64,000 bases of DNA from Gnetum montanum (taxonomy: Eukaryota; Plantae; Gnetophyta). The stretch is from the NCBI GenBank assembly GCA_015680685.1, contig MNCI01002402.1, forward strand, positions 186,001 through 250,000. Reading direction: 5' to 3'. A program made the position numbers and the translations under genes. The notes beneath the pieces were generated by a model. The model had not been told where the DNA came from. It ran no database searches and saw only the letters and a list, made by a program, of their open reading frames with translations. This document shows positions 12,130 through 25,209 of the stretch, one piece after another (the first letter of the stretch is position 1; each line of letters opens with the position of its first letter).

Positions 12130-13249
12130 ATGGCCCCTTTTTGTTGATGTTTGAAGGAGTGGCCCAAGAGATGTTGAAAAATAATTACAAAACACCACAG
12201 TAGACATGTCACCAACATCATTTTTCAACACAAGATTGGATGTCATCTTACCATGCTCAAGAGTGTTATGGGAATAAGGTTATGTTAGGGGAGAAGGGGT
12301 ATAGGAAATTCTAGGGAGATGAAATTTAAATGATGGAAATGAAATGCAAACATTGGATCATGATGTAAGATGCAAATTTAGCATGGTTGATAGTGACCAT
12401 GGCATGAAGTAGCTTGCCCTTGAAACATTGACCTCTTGTTGGAGTGTTTATGAGAGCATCAAAGTTCATCCAAGGATGGGCCAATTGCACAGCTATAGCA
12501 TTGTTGCTCTTTCTTTTTTTGTGTGAGGCAAACCTTCTTTGGGTTTTGCTTACTACTGAATGTTAGCTACAAGTTGGCCATTGAGAAGATGGACTTTGTT
12601 TCCTAGGGATGATTGATGTTACATCAACCTAGGCTTTGAATATGCAATAGAGTCACCCCATAGGATGAATTGTGTTACATCAACAATGGGTTCTACGATT
12701 GATATGAAGAGGATGCCATGTGTGTCACAGTGCATATGCATCAAAGGAGTGTGAAATCATAAGTATGAGGAGTATGAGAGGATATTGGGATGAATGAATG
12801 GATGTCCATAGGCTGTAATAGGGATGAGGGGGGTGTGCACTCTTGATTGGCTCAACTAGTCTAGTTATCCACATCAAAGCAACGTGATAACCTACTGTTG
12901 CGATGAAATGCACCTGTAGATGACCATCTCCAAGGCTTCATCCTACAAAAACAACTCAGAGAGGACAAGAAAACTACAAAAAATGAAATGCAAGTGCAAA
13001 TGCTAGATGTGAAGATGATACAAGTGCAAAACTATGAATACTCTGCGAGTGCAAAACTGTGAAGACACTGCAAATGTATAAAATGTTGTGCCAGTCAAAA
13101 GTGCTCAAGAAACTAGTGAAGGTGCCAGAGCAGTGATGCTGCAAGTGTTCTGAATGCTGCACTAATGGCAAGTGCTTCAAAAGAATCACTAGAATGGTGG
13201 GAGGCAATGATGCTCCTAGGGAAATGGCAAGTGTTTGGATCAGATGAGC

Positions 13250-13535
13250 TACATGCCAGTTTAAAGTCCTGGTAGACTATGAACCTAGTTTAAGGTCCTG
13301 GTTGACTGTGATGTGCTAGTTTATAGTCCTAGCAGACTGTTGGATGCTAGTTTAATGTTGTAGCAGATAGTGACTATTGTGCCAGTTTAACATCATGACC
13401 CAAGGATGAGCTATTGTGCCAGTTTAGCGTCATGACCCAAGGATGAGTTATGCCAGTTTATAGTCATAGTGGACTATCTATGCTAGTTTAAAGTCCTAGT
13501 GGACTATCTATGCCAATTTATAGTCATAGCAGATT
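13250..13535 (-). repeat. TAAACTAGCA tandem array (post-integrase position) in E2
   Basis: About 10 units of TGCYAGTTTA(A/T)(A/G)GTC(C/A)T(A/G)G...GACT on the + strand. Confidence 0.88.
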
Positions 13536-13851
13536 GGCGCTTACCTTGCTTGTATAAGGTGCGATGTTGCATGCGTAGTCATGTTGTGTGTCTACAAAAT
13601 CTTGTAAAAATCAGCCATAAATAAAATAGCATCAAGCAACACCTATTGTAAACAAGGTTAAAATGGATGAATGAAAGAAAAGTAATGCAAAAAGTGGTAG
13701 TTTTAGGCCGTTCCAGGCTGTAGGCTAGTTTAAGGCCTTTTTGGGCCATCTATTTTTGTAGTTTTATGTTTTATAGTTTTTATGTTTTCATATGTAATGA
13801 TGGATGTATAAAAAAAGTAAAATAAATATGCAAAAAAAATGAAATGTTGAT

Positions 13852-15707
13852 CTATGTAAGTAGGAAAAATGTAAAAGCGTAGGCTAGTGCTATGTAAATG
13901 AAAGTCAAAAATGCATGGGCATTGGAGGCAAAGGATAGGCAAGAATTTGGCACATTTTTGGCCAAGGGAAAGTCTTGGTCATGTAGTTGCTCCCTAATCG
14001 AGCATGGATTAGGGAGTGTGTAAGGCTTAGGATCCTCTGGGAGGTTGTTAGCTTCAATCACTCACCTAGCTATGTTAGCTTTAGGTGCTGCATTGGTTGT
14101 TATAGGTGTACTACCAAGAAACTCTTCTTCTAAAAATTGTGCCATGCCTATGTTGTGGATACTTGAAGATGAAGTGTTATCACCATGGATGATAACTTAA
14201 CCATGTTCATATGGAAGGTGGATTTCTTCATCGATGGGAGAGGAGATGGCACATAGTTGAGCTAGCCAAGGCTTTTCTAGAATCATGTTGAACCTAGCAT
14301 CTCTTCTATGATAGTGAAATATACATTAGTGGGGAATTACTCTCCTATGAAAAAGGCTACGTTGATTATACCCTTGACTGTGGCACATGATCTGTTAAGG
14401 GATTTTAGACATGTGGTTTTTGTTGGCCTGATTTCATCTGCTAGGCCTAGCTTATCAATGATGAAGTACAATACTACGTTTGTTGCTACACCATCATCAA
14501 CATGTACCCTGCAGATGGTACATTGTCCAACATGAATGCTAATGGATAGTAGATCTGTAGTAACCTCCCCTCATGCGCGGTTGAATTTGACTGCATCATC
14601 TTGAAAAGAGAGAGATGTTGAACCCAATTCTTGCAGTGTAGGGGGTAACATCATTGCACATATAGATGCCTCATTTGTACGTATGTCCTCTATAATACGA
14701 ATGAAGGCTAAGCTCTTGGCCAATGCTTGGCAGTGAGAAAATGAAGTCATGACTAGGTCGTACAAGCTCAATGTTGTGTTCTTTTGTTGGGCCTCAGTTG
14801 GGAGAGTTAGAGGTGGTACCATGGGACTTATGGGATCATCTTGGTAGAAGTCCACCACCTTAATGGTCTCAGAGGAGGTAGCCTTAAGTTGGTTGATCTC
14901 CTCCATCAAGCTTTGTATCAGCTGGAATGTCTGATCCAAGCTTGGGGGTATGCCAGCTAGTCGCATTGGCTGGGCTTGGGTTGGTTGCATAGCATAGGGT
15001 ATAATTGTTGGTTGTCGAGTTTGCCAATTTAACATCATAGCAGATGGATGTTGCCAGTTTAACGTCATAGTAGATGATTGCTGATGTAATAGCTGAGAGA
15101 TGGGTGTGGTGATTGGAGTGGGCCACACATGGATGGGTTGGACGAGCACTGTAGACACCAATGAGATAGGTGGGATGTAGGATGCCTAAGTTGTTTGGAG
15201 TTGGGAGGTGGCCCCTGCATGAGCATGGTGCTAGGCAAATGCATTAGTTGCTTGCGAGGAAGGATGAATTGGCATGGTCACTATCTTGGGGGGGATGGAT
15301 GGATGAAACCGAAGAGGGGCTGTACCAGGGAGTGGTTGTTGGAAGATAGTGTGGAGGTGGCTCGCGTGTTCGAAGTAGGCCTCAAACTCATCTTCCTCAT
15401 TCTGTGAGGCTTCCTCATAGGTTATCCCTGCATTATGCCTATTTGCACAGATGAGTTGGGACAACAACTAGTGGTAGGACTCTGTGAGTGGGATTATGTC
15501 AAACAAGGAGGGATTATACTTCCAGATGTTTCAGTGGACTCTTTCGTAGTCATGTTTTGCCTCTAGATCGAGGTAATCCACTGGTAGTCCTGATTGAATT
15601 TTGACACAAACAAAGTTGTATTTTTTTTGTCTTAATGTGGCATGCTTTGGCTGTATTGTGGTATCAAATGTGTTAGACACAAACGTGGAAGGTTGATCTA
15701 GATTCAT
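13852..15707 (-). pseudogene. gag: Internally deleted gag-protease of E2 (gag N-terminus fused in frame to the pre-protease region)
   Basis: ATG AAT CTA at 15707 and a YNFVCVKIQ motif. ORF 14571-15161 joins DFYQDDPISPMVPPLTLPT directly to EAQQKNTTLSLYDL. RVHVDDGVATNV is near 14490. Confidence 0.82.
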
Positions 15708-15739
15708 GTTCACAAATCAGGTTGTGAGAGTTTCTATTT

Positions 15740-16045
15740 GCAAAAAAAATGACTAGGTCTATCGGTAGTAGGAAAATAGCAAAGAAATGATTAAATCTCC
15801 CAATAGGAAGAAAATAGCAAAGAAATGATTAAATCTTCCGGTAGCAGGGAAATAGTAGAAAAATGACTAAATCTGCCAATAGCAGGAAAATAGCAGAAGA
15901 ATGAATAAATCTACTGGTAGCAAGAAAATAAAAGAAAAATGACTAAATCTATCGATAGCAGAGAAATGGCCAAGTACGAAAATGTAGAAAAATGGCCAAG
16001 TCTGAAAATGCAAAGAAAATGCTAAGTATGAAAATGTAGAAAAAA
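15740..16045. repeat. ~33 bp tandem array in the E2 5' UTR
   Basis: Units of AAATGACTAAATCT..CRRTAGCAGGAAAATAGCA. Confidence 0.85.
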
Positions 16046-16049
16046 CAGG

Positions 16050-16066
16050 CCCTCCTTCTAGCACCA
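16050..16066 (-). promoter_or_regulatory. PBS of E2 (tRNA-Asn type)
   Basis: TGGTGCTAGAAGGAGGG on the - strand, 6 nt from the LTR end. Confidence 0.82.
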
Positions 16067-16072
16067 AAAAGC

Positions 16073-17242
16073 TATAGTGATAGAAAACGTTGGTGGCTGG
16101 AAACACCGAGAGGTCTTCAGTCATGATAGTCTTAACCTTGGATCCGTGTGAGGGCTATGCTAGATAAAATAGAAACAGGGTGCCCTAAATACTCTAGTTG
16201 ATCAGACAGGGACTTAATCGATATATAATAACCCTTTTGTAAACAATAAAAGAAAATGCAATGTGCACAATAGTAGAAATGTGCTAAAGTGTGTAACAAG
16301 GTAGTGAACATGATTTAATGCTTAATAATGCCAAATAAGTGCTATGATCAGCCAAAAAGAGAGTTTGAATAGAAAGATACACCACCTTGAAAAAGGGTAC
16401 AGGTATACAAAGTCTACAATAGGCACAGTAGGAGTAGAATCACAGCCTCGGTGGTGTCGGGCTGTGAAATTTCATGCTTATTGTGATAAATTGTGCCACC
16501 TAGGTCGATGGTCACAGTATATCATGTGATGTACTTGTGCCTCTCTGTCAGGTCTCGTTCACCCACAGAGCTAAGTGCAATAATGCTAAAATGCCAAATG
16601 CCAACTACTTTTTTTCGGTGAAGAAATTGAAGCCTCACCCCCTTCTCCTCTTCTGAAAAAAAGGGTCACAAAGGTATTTATAGGACTATGGTTAGCCCAA
16701 AATGCAGATCTGGCACCACATGGCAGTGCGGTAGGTAACAACGTGTAACAACAAGTAATAGCATGTAACAGTGTAGCGTAATGGGGTGCTATGCTATGCT
16801 ACGCACTGTAGCAAGGTGCTACGCTAGCACTGTAGCAGGGTGTTATGCTTGCACTATAGTAGGATGCTACGCTAGCACTATAGCAGGATGCTATGCTGGC
16901 ACTGTAGCAGGATGCTATGTTGGCACTGTAGCAAGGTGCTATGCTAGCACTGTAGCAGGATGCTATGTAGCGTAGTAGGGTGCTACACTAGCACTGTAGC
17001 AGGATGTTATGCTAGCATTGTAGTAAGGTGCTATGCTATGCTATGCTACGTAGCATAGCAAGGTGCTATGCTACACACTGTAGCAAGATGCTACACTAGC
17101 ACTATAGCAGGGTGCTACACTATGCTACACTATGCACTGTAGTAAGGTCCTACGCTATGTAGCGTAGTAGCACGTAACAGTGTGTAAAAATTAGCCATAT
17201 TTGTAGTTGCGATGCCGAGACCCAAAATTTTGTGTTGTTTCA
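16073..17242 (-). repeat. 5' LTR of E2 (1170 bp) including a ~21 bp tandem repeat at ~16785-17170
   Basis: Both termini match the 3' LTR. TATA-like CCTATAAATA at ~16676-16685. Confidence 0.9.
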
Positions 17243-17882
17243 CTTACCTTGGGAAAATAGCTTTGGAAAGGCATGAGCATAGAATAGAGGGTAGAGCTTT
17301 CCTAGCTCAGGCACTTGCACATCTTTGATTAATATGCCTTTGTGAGATAGAGTGGCCTCCAACCAATTCTTAATCTCCTCTCTAGGGTCTGCTTCCCTAC
17401 TGGCCTTGTTGACAATAATCGAGTCATCAATAGGGATGCTAAAGAGAGCAATGAAAAAGGCCTTTCTAAGGTCCAGCATTATCATCATGTTGTGCATCTA
17501 AGTGATGAACTACCTAATGCTGCTACTAAAGAAGTCAATGATGATGACCATTTTGGCCATTAGGATACTTGGACTAAGGGCCAATAATAGGACCACTAGC
17601 CCAACATGCATGAGCTAAACCATCAATGCATCAGGTGTTTTATGACATAGCCAGTGTTATGCACCCTCTACATCCCTAAATTTCATGATGATGATGGACT
17701 TTGTATGACCTATGGTGACCACTGTGACCTTAGTTGAGGTAAACACCATTGTAACATAAAGAAAAACAACATTAACATCATGTTAGTGAGGAAAACTAAA
17801 GGGTATATATATAAGTGAATAAGTAAAAGAACATAGATATGCACATGGCATGAATGGAGTGTGTGATGGGAGTGGTGCTACT
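17243..17882 (-). pseudogene. Accessory gene of H, fragment (end of exon 3, intron 3, 5' part of exon 4)
   Basis: ORF 17240-17497 (LDLRKAFFIALFSIPIDD...LYPLFYAHAFPK) is homologous to ORFs 1252-1956 and 28797-29207. Confidence 0.85.
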
Positions 17883-19623
17883 TGTAGTGATTGAAAATGT
17901 CGATAGATAGAATGGAAATACTAAGAGGTTCATGAGTGCACAAGTTTGACATTACATCCATGTGAGGGCTTGCTAGAGGTAGAGATGGGGTGTCGAAAAA
18001 TGGTCTTTTCTATTAAACAGGGACTTATGAAGTGTAATGCCATAACATTGTTAAGTGCTTACACGATGTTTGTAGCATCAATGATGTCAATGAGGGTGAG
18101 CATAGTGAAGAGTTTCCCTTGAAAATAGAGGTGTCATTGTGTGGTTACCTGCAAAAATAATAAAAAATGGAAGAAAGTTCTAGAATGCAAATAGAAATGC
18201 TAAAAAATGCATGAGGAGAGAGAAAAGAGAGAGCAACATTGCCCTAAATAGGGAGAGAATAGTTAATTGCAAGAAAGATGATGAGGTACGTGGTGTATAA
18301 ATAGGTGCAATAGGTAATGTAGTTACAATCTTAGGATGGCTGAGCTGTAAAAATTGACATTCGTCATGAAGTCTGTGCCTATCATGTTAGCCACCATGGT
18401 GTCTTGTGGGCTGCAGTAGCCTATGGTGGTGTGCAAAGGTGCCAGTCAGTGTACTAATTCATGACTTAAACTACTCTTGCTAAGGTGCTCTAATGAGTTT
18501 GTCAACCAAAATGCCAAAATGCCAATTGCCCTTCAAATTTTGCTAACCCCTAGAAGGTAGAGCATTGAGGTATTTATAGGGTTAGGATTGCCATGAATTA
18601 TGGATTGGGTGCCACATGGCAATGGGGTTGTTGGGACTACGCTACACCTAACTATGCTCTCTACTAAAGCAAATGGTGTTATGCTCTAGCGTGTTCCAAT
18701 GGATCATACGAGACTACTAGACTATGCCTATGCTACCCAACTACATGTGTGAATGTTGAGTAGACCACGATGTACTTGAAAAATGCAAAATAGTGCAAGT
18801 TTGGAGACTATGCTATCCACTATGTGAAGTGGTGTTAAGGATAGGTACAAGTTGGGGACAAATGGGGGTGAAAAATGAAATGAAATTTTTTGATGCTACT
18901 TGTTGGAGGTTTAGGAGCTAATGTGGATGCTATTTTGGAGGCCTCTGGAGGCTATTTTGCATGACTACGCTCAACTACGCTCTAGAGCATAGTCTTAATA
19001 GTTAGAAAATTTTGAAAAAAATGAATTCCCATGCTAACTATGCTCTAGAGTGTAGTCCCAATAGTAGGTAGCATAGTCCTAGCACTTGGAAGAAATTTCT
19101 ACAGAAATCAATCTTCTAGTTGACTACACTTCAAGGCAGTCAAGAGCATAGCCTCAACAGTTAGAAAAAACTACAAAAAACTAGGCCCTAATGTTGTGTC
19201 AGCATTTAGAAAATCTGCCAAACTATTTCTTCCATGCTAACTACGCTTGACTACACTCCAGTGTAGTGGAGAGCATAGTCTCTACCAAACTATTTCTTCC
19301 ATGCTCACCAAGCGTTGTAGCCACTAGCTTGACACTTAGGAAAATTTACAAAACTAGCCATTTCTGTGCTAACTACGCTCTAGGGCATAGTTCCAACAAT
19401 GGAGAGCATAGTCTCAGCACTTAGAATTTGTAGCTACTATCTTAACACTTTAAATAAATCTTGCAAATATATACTTTTGTTACAAACTACATTGACTATG
19501 CTCTGGAGTGTAGTCCCAACAGTGGAGAGCATAGGCCCAACACTTAGAAAAAAATTTACCTTATGTTGAAACTTAGAAAAATTTGTAGTTGAGACACAAT
19601 GGCCCAAATTTTGTGGTGTTTTA
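17883..19623 (-). repeat. 3' LTR of A (about 1.74 kb)
   Basis: Collinear with 53352-55074. PPT GCCCCTCTCT at 19627-19636. CCTAACCCTATAAATA at ~18571-18586. Confidence 0.92.
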
Positions 19624-21214
19624 TTAGCCCCTCTCTGTGGGCATCTAGAGGAGTGGCTTAATAGATGTTGACAAAGAATAGTAAAACACAATAACAAGCC
19701 TGACACCAACATCACTTGTTAGTACATGATCAAATGTCATTGTACCATACTCAAGAGTGCTACGAGTTATGGTATGCTAGAGGTAAAGGATGTAGGTAAT
19801 GTGATGACAAGAGAAATTAAATGCAAATAGAAGGTCATACTACAAGATGCAAAGTCAACATAACTAATAATGACCATGGCACCAGGGTGGCTTGCCACTG
19901 GAACATTGACCTATCATTGGAATGCTCATGAAAGAGTCAACATCCATGACACTAGGATGCATTACCCTTAAAATTGTGATCTCTCACCAAAATGCTCATG
20001 AGAGAGTTAGTGTGGATTCAGAGTTGGACTGGTTGTCAAATTGTAGCTCTACTAATTTTTCTTGACATTTTTTTGGCTTCTTGATTTTATGACACAAACT
20101 TTCTTTGGGTTCTACTCATTACAAATGGCTAACTATGATATTCTTTACATTAGGTGAACTGCATGCCACATAATGGGCTTTGCACTGATGCAATTACATC
20201 ATGTATGTACGATAGGTGTTTCCTCCTCGAGATGACTTGTGTGACATCCGCCTAGGCTTTGGCTAGCCCACAAAGGATCCCCACGGGACAACTTATGTTA
20301 TGTCCACATTGGGTTCTATGGTTGACTTAAAGAAGGTGCCATGTGCATTGGAGGGGTTTGCAAACTTAGTTATGTAAGGAATGTAGTGGAATACAAGGTA
20401 AAAAGGGGTAAATGTAAGTATGGTGTAGTGGGGCAATAGTGATCTACACTCTTAAGTGGCTTGGCTAGTCTAATCATGCATATCAAAATGATGTGATGAC
20501 TTGCTATTATGATGAGATGCATCTCTGCATAATGACCGAGGGCTTCATCCTACAAGCACAACTCAGAGAAGATAAGAAAAAAACCATAGAACATGAGATG
20601 CGAGCAAATTGCTACATACAAGGATGATGCAATTACTGCGAAGGCCAACCTAGTTGCCAGTGTTTGAGAAGTCAGTAAAGGTGCTAGGAGTGAGAATGCT
20701 ACAAATGTTCTAGAGGCCAACATGGTGGAAAGTGTCTAAAAAGACCAACAAAATGGTGAGAGACGATGGTGATGCAGGTGCTTGAGAGCCCACACCAACG
20801 ACAAGAGCTCAAAAAACTAGCAAAATGCTAGGGAACCATAATGTTATAAGTGCTCCCAAGCTTGAGTAATGGTAAGAGCCCAAAAGGAATTAGCAAAATG
20901 ATGGAGACCATAATGTTGTAAGTTCTCCAAAGGGTGTTTCAATGATAGCAACTCAAAGCACTAGCAAAATGCTAGTAGTGCTACAAGTGCAGGTGGCACA
21001 TCAATGATGGGAGCTCTAGAAGGTTAGAAAAATGTCAGGGGATAGTAACATTGCAAATGTTCTAGAGGCCTCTCCCGATGATATGAAATCCATAGTGTCC
21101 CTACTTACATGGTGCCACATAGTGGGGCGTGAGGGGGGGAGGGAAAAGATGTGTAGAGAAAGTTAGAATTATTCTCGATCTCTTGCCCGTAGAACCATGC
21201 GTGAGTGATGGTGA

Positions 21215-21720
21215 ACCTATTTTAAGGTCTTGGTAGACCATGTGCTTTGCTAGTTTAAGGTCCTAGTAGATCATGAGCCTAGTTTAAGGTCCTGGTAGAC
21301 CATGGCTTGCTATTTTATTGTCTTAGTAGATTACTGCATGCCATTTTAACATCATAGAAAATGTGCTACTATGTTAGTTTAATGTCCTGACCCAAGCACA
21401 AGCTATGACAATTTAATATCATGTCAGATGGTCTATGCCAATTTAATGTCATAGTGGATGACTATGCTATTTTATAGTCATAGTAGACTTTCTATGCTAG
21501 TTTATAGTCATAACAGACTATGTGCTTGAGTGCTAGTTTAACATCATGGAAAATGAATGTTGTGCCTATTTATATTCATAGCAAACTATGTGCTTGAGTG
21601 CCAGTTTAATATCCTAACAAATGAGTGCTATGCTAGTTTATAGTCATAGCAAACTTCTTGTGCTAGTTTATAGTCATAACAGACCATCTATAAAAGTTTA
21701 TAGTCATAGCAAACTATGTG
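21215..21720 (-). repeat. TAAACTAGCA tandem array downstream of integrase in A
   Basis: Roughly 16 units of 28-36 bp, TGCTAGTTTATAGTCATAGCAGAC type. Confidence 0.9.
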
Positions 21721-21754
21721 CTTACCTTGCCTTGTTGAGATGTGGCACTGCATA

Positions 21755-24700
21755 CTAAGCATAGTAAGGATTTAAGAATGAATGGTTCATCAAGTTAGCA
21801 AACTCATTACCATCTTGGTTAGCAAGCTTGAATGCTCCATTGTCATAAGACATAGTGACCAAAAAATGTCCTTCCTAGTTGGTTGAGAATTTATCTGTGG
21901 GTTCATGAATGGCCTTAAGGACCAAGTCCCCTTTCTTGATCACGTGTTGGTGCTGATTATGGTGCTGCTTTTGCCTTTTCTTTTCTTAGTACCATTTGAT
22001 GTGATCAAGTGTCTGCATGCATTCTTCCTCTATTGAGTTGAGGTCTACAATTCTCAACTCACCATTCTAAGCCTTATTGATGAAGCTTGAGAGCATAACT
22101 TAGAGTGATGGAACCTGCAAATCAAGAGACAAAGTTGCTTTAGACCTATAAAGAAGGCTATATAGTGTCTGACCTATTGTTGTTCTACATGTCATGTGGT
22201 AGGCCCAAAGTGCATAAACTAGTTGCTCATGCCATTGTCATTTACTACTGTTGAGCATCTTCTTTAGAAGGTTGAAAATGACTTTCTTTATGGCCTCTGC
22301 TTGGCCATTCATCGATGAGTAGTACAGTGATGAGAAGGAATGTTTAATATCGAAGTGTTCACAGAAGGCCTTAGTTTTAGCACTACTAAACTATGGCTTT
22401 TTTCCATTATGATGGTCATGGATAAACCAAAATGAGTCACTGTGTTGTCAAGCATAAATTTCCAAACTTATTGTGATGTTATCTTCCTAAGGGAAATAAC
22501 CTCAGCCCACTTTGTAAAATACTTAGTTGCAATTATAATGAAGCTATGCCCTATGGAAAACTTGGGAATTATAGGTCCAATGATGTCTAAACCCTAATGT
22601 TGGAATGGCCATGTTATCTATGTTGTGTGTAGTTCAATTGGTTACACATGCATTAAGTTGCCATGTCATTGACAAGTATCGTGTCTTTTCACCTTGGAAA
22701 CATAATCATGCTCTATGTAAGGCCAATAGTAACCTAAGTGCCTAATGTTTGTTGCCATTACCTTGGGTGCAATGTGGCCTTCACATAGTCCCTCATGGAC
22801 TTGTCAAATGATCATTTATGCTTTGCTATTACTCATGTAGGTTAACATTATGCCATTTTAGGATCTACGACATAACATGTTGTTACCTATGATGACATAC
22901 TACCATGATCATTTATACACTGCATACTTTTGGGTAGTGGTTAAGTGTTGTAGAGGCTTACATTGTAAAAGGTACAACTTGACATCATTGTACCATTCTA
23001 TTACATGGATCATGATGACTATGGCTATGGATGCAATATCAATAGTTTGTGTGATAGGCATAGTGCAATCTGCTACTGAGGTCGGCAATGCATAAAACAT
23101 GTTAGGTGCAATGCTTAAGGCTAGTATTGCTAAGGCATCAGCTATGTTGTTTTCTTTCCTAGGGATATATTGAACATTTGTAGTTGCAAATTGTTTAAGC
23201 AACTACTTCACTAGGTCATAATAAGGTTGTAAATGTTAGGCCTTATAGGCGTAAACCTTAGTTGCCTAGTTAATCACTAAGTACAAGTTGTCTTAGATTG
23301 CTATGCTTTGGATTTCTAGGTCACAAGCTACTTGGATATGTCTAAGGAGACCTTCATATTTTGCTACATTGTTAGTGCAAGGGAATGCAAAATGATATGT
23401 GAAGGGTTAGATTTCTCCAAAGGGCAATGTGATGATGGTAGTGGTGCTACCTCGTTGAGATGTTGAAGCATCGTTGAACTGCAGGAGTGCCTTGAAGTTG
23501 TTAGGTACTTGACTAATACTACTGACATGCTCATGTGGAAATCCCAGATCGATTATTGCTTGATCATTGATGGGTGAAGTCATGAGTTGTGTTGCTATAG
23601 CTTGACCTTTTGTTGAGGCTTATGTAACATAATGTAGGTCAAACTCCACTGTTATTCCCTATCATCATGCAATACGACTGCTCTTGCACATATTTGTTGT
23701 AATCTCTTAGGCTACATTACTCTTGTAGATGATGTTGACTTAACTACGGAAAAGATAGTGCCTTCACTTCTTAAGTGCAAAGACTAGGGCAAGATAATTC
23801 TTTTCCAAATCATTATATTTTGCTTCTTGGAAAACCAATGCATGGCTTAAGTAGTATATTGGGATCTTTTTTCTATCATCCCACTTTTGACAAAGAAAAG
23901 AAGCAATGGATGTGTCAAAGGTATATCTCCTTATGGAGGGTAAACCATTGGAAGTTAAGCCAACTCCTATTTAAGGTTGTCAAATGCCTATTAGCATTGA
24001 GCTATCCACTTGAAGTGGACTCCTTTTTTGAGTAGATGTTGCATTCGCTGTAACTTATTTGCTAATCATGTAATAAACCTATGTATGAATTGAAAACTAC
24101 CTTGTAACCCTCATAGCTCTTTAAGGTTAGTCAGTGGTGCTAAGTTGATTATGATCTTAAACTTATTGGGGTCTATGTGTATGCTTGCTTCAGATACTAC
24201 AAAACTGAGCATCTAACCTATTTTGATGGAAAAAATACATTTCTTGGGGTTTAACCTAATATCATGTTTCAGACAATGTTTGAGCACTAAATATAAGTCA
24301 TCTACATGGTTATGTGCTACTTTGGACATAACTACAATGTCATCAATGTAATCATTGAGCAAACCTAACATATAATCACTGAAGATGTAAGTCATTGCAC
24401 ATTGTTAAGTTGCTCCTACTTTCTTAAGTCTAAAAGGCATCATGGTTTAATAGAATGTACACCAAGGGATCATATATGTTGTGCTAAGCTAGTGTCCGGG
24501 GTTGATCTGAATTTGGTTGTAGCCTGAGAATCCATCCATGAAGGATAACAAGACATGACTAGCCATAGTATCAACCAATTGATCTATACTAGATAATGGG
24601 AAATAGTCTTTAATGGTAGCCTTGTTTAGGTCCCAAAATTCTATGCAAATGCATATAATTCCATTTTTCTTAGGTACAACCATGATGCTAGAGATCCAAT

Positions 24701-25209
24701 TTGTGTAGTCAATAGCCCAAATAAAACCAACTTTATAGAGCTTGGTGATTTCATCACAGACTACCAACACCAACTTAGGCCTTACACACTTTTTGCTTGA
24801 CTGGCTTAATGTTGGAATTGAGGATAATGCTATGTTGGACTACATGTGGATCTAGGCCTAGCATGTCTTCATAAGACCATGCAAATGCCTTATTATTATC
24901 ATTGAGCAGTTTAGCAATGTTCTACGCATGTTGAGGCTCCAACAAAGAACTAAGTTTCAATGCTTTTGCCTTGCCACTAGGTGTAGCTACAAGGATTTCA
25001 ATGAGGGGATCCTTGATGATATCACCTACCTCTAGATCTAGAGCCTTAACTAGGTGGTCTAGCCAATCTAGTGGGGCCTCTATAGATGTTAAATATTTAT
25101 CGTAGCCTATGGGCTCAAGGTTTAGGCATTGCAGATTGATACATCGAGTGAGATCACCCTGGGACCAGGTGAGGACCAAAGGTGGGTGAAGATTCTTGTC
25201 TATAGTCAT
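21755..25209 (-). pseudogene. pol: pol of A: RT, RNase H, archaeal-type RNase H, integrase
   Basis: WISSIMVVPKKNG, DLNKATIKDYFPL, LSFMDGFSGYNQI, LNDYIDDIVV, LNPKKCIF, YIPRKENNIADALA and WPFQH.GLDIIGPI motifs. Confidence 0.95.

Larger units (their letters stand above)
11602..17242 (-). mobile_element. Element E2: 5.6 kb non-autonomous deletion derivative with both LTRs, PBS, PPT and a perfect 5-bp TSD
   Basis: CTTAC at 11597-11601 and at 17243-17247, TG...CA ends, and a host reading frame FPKLFSQGK|ILGVE that is restored when the element is removed. Confidence 0.93.
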
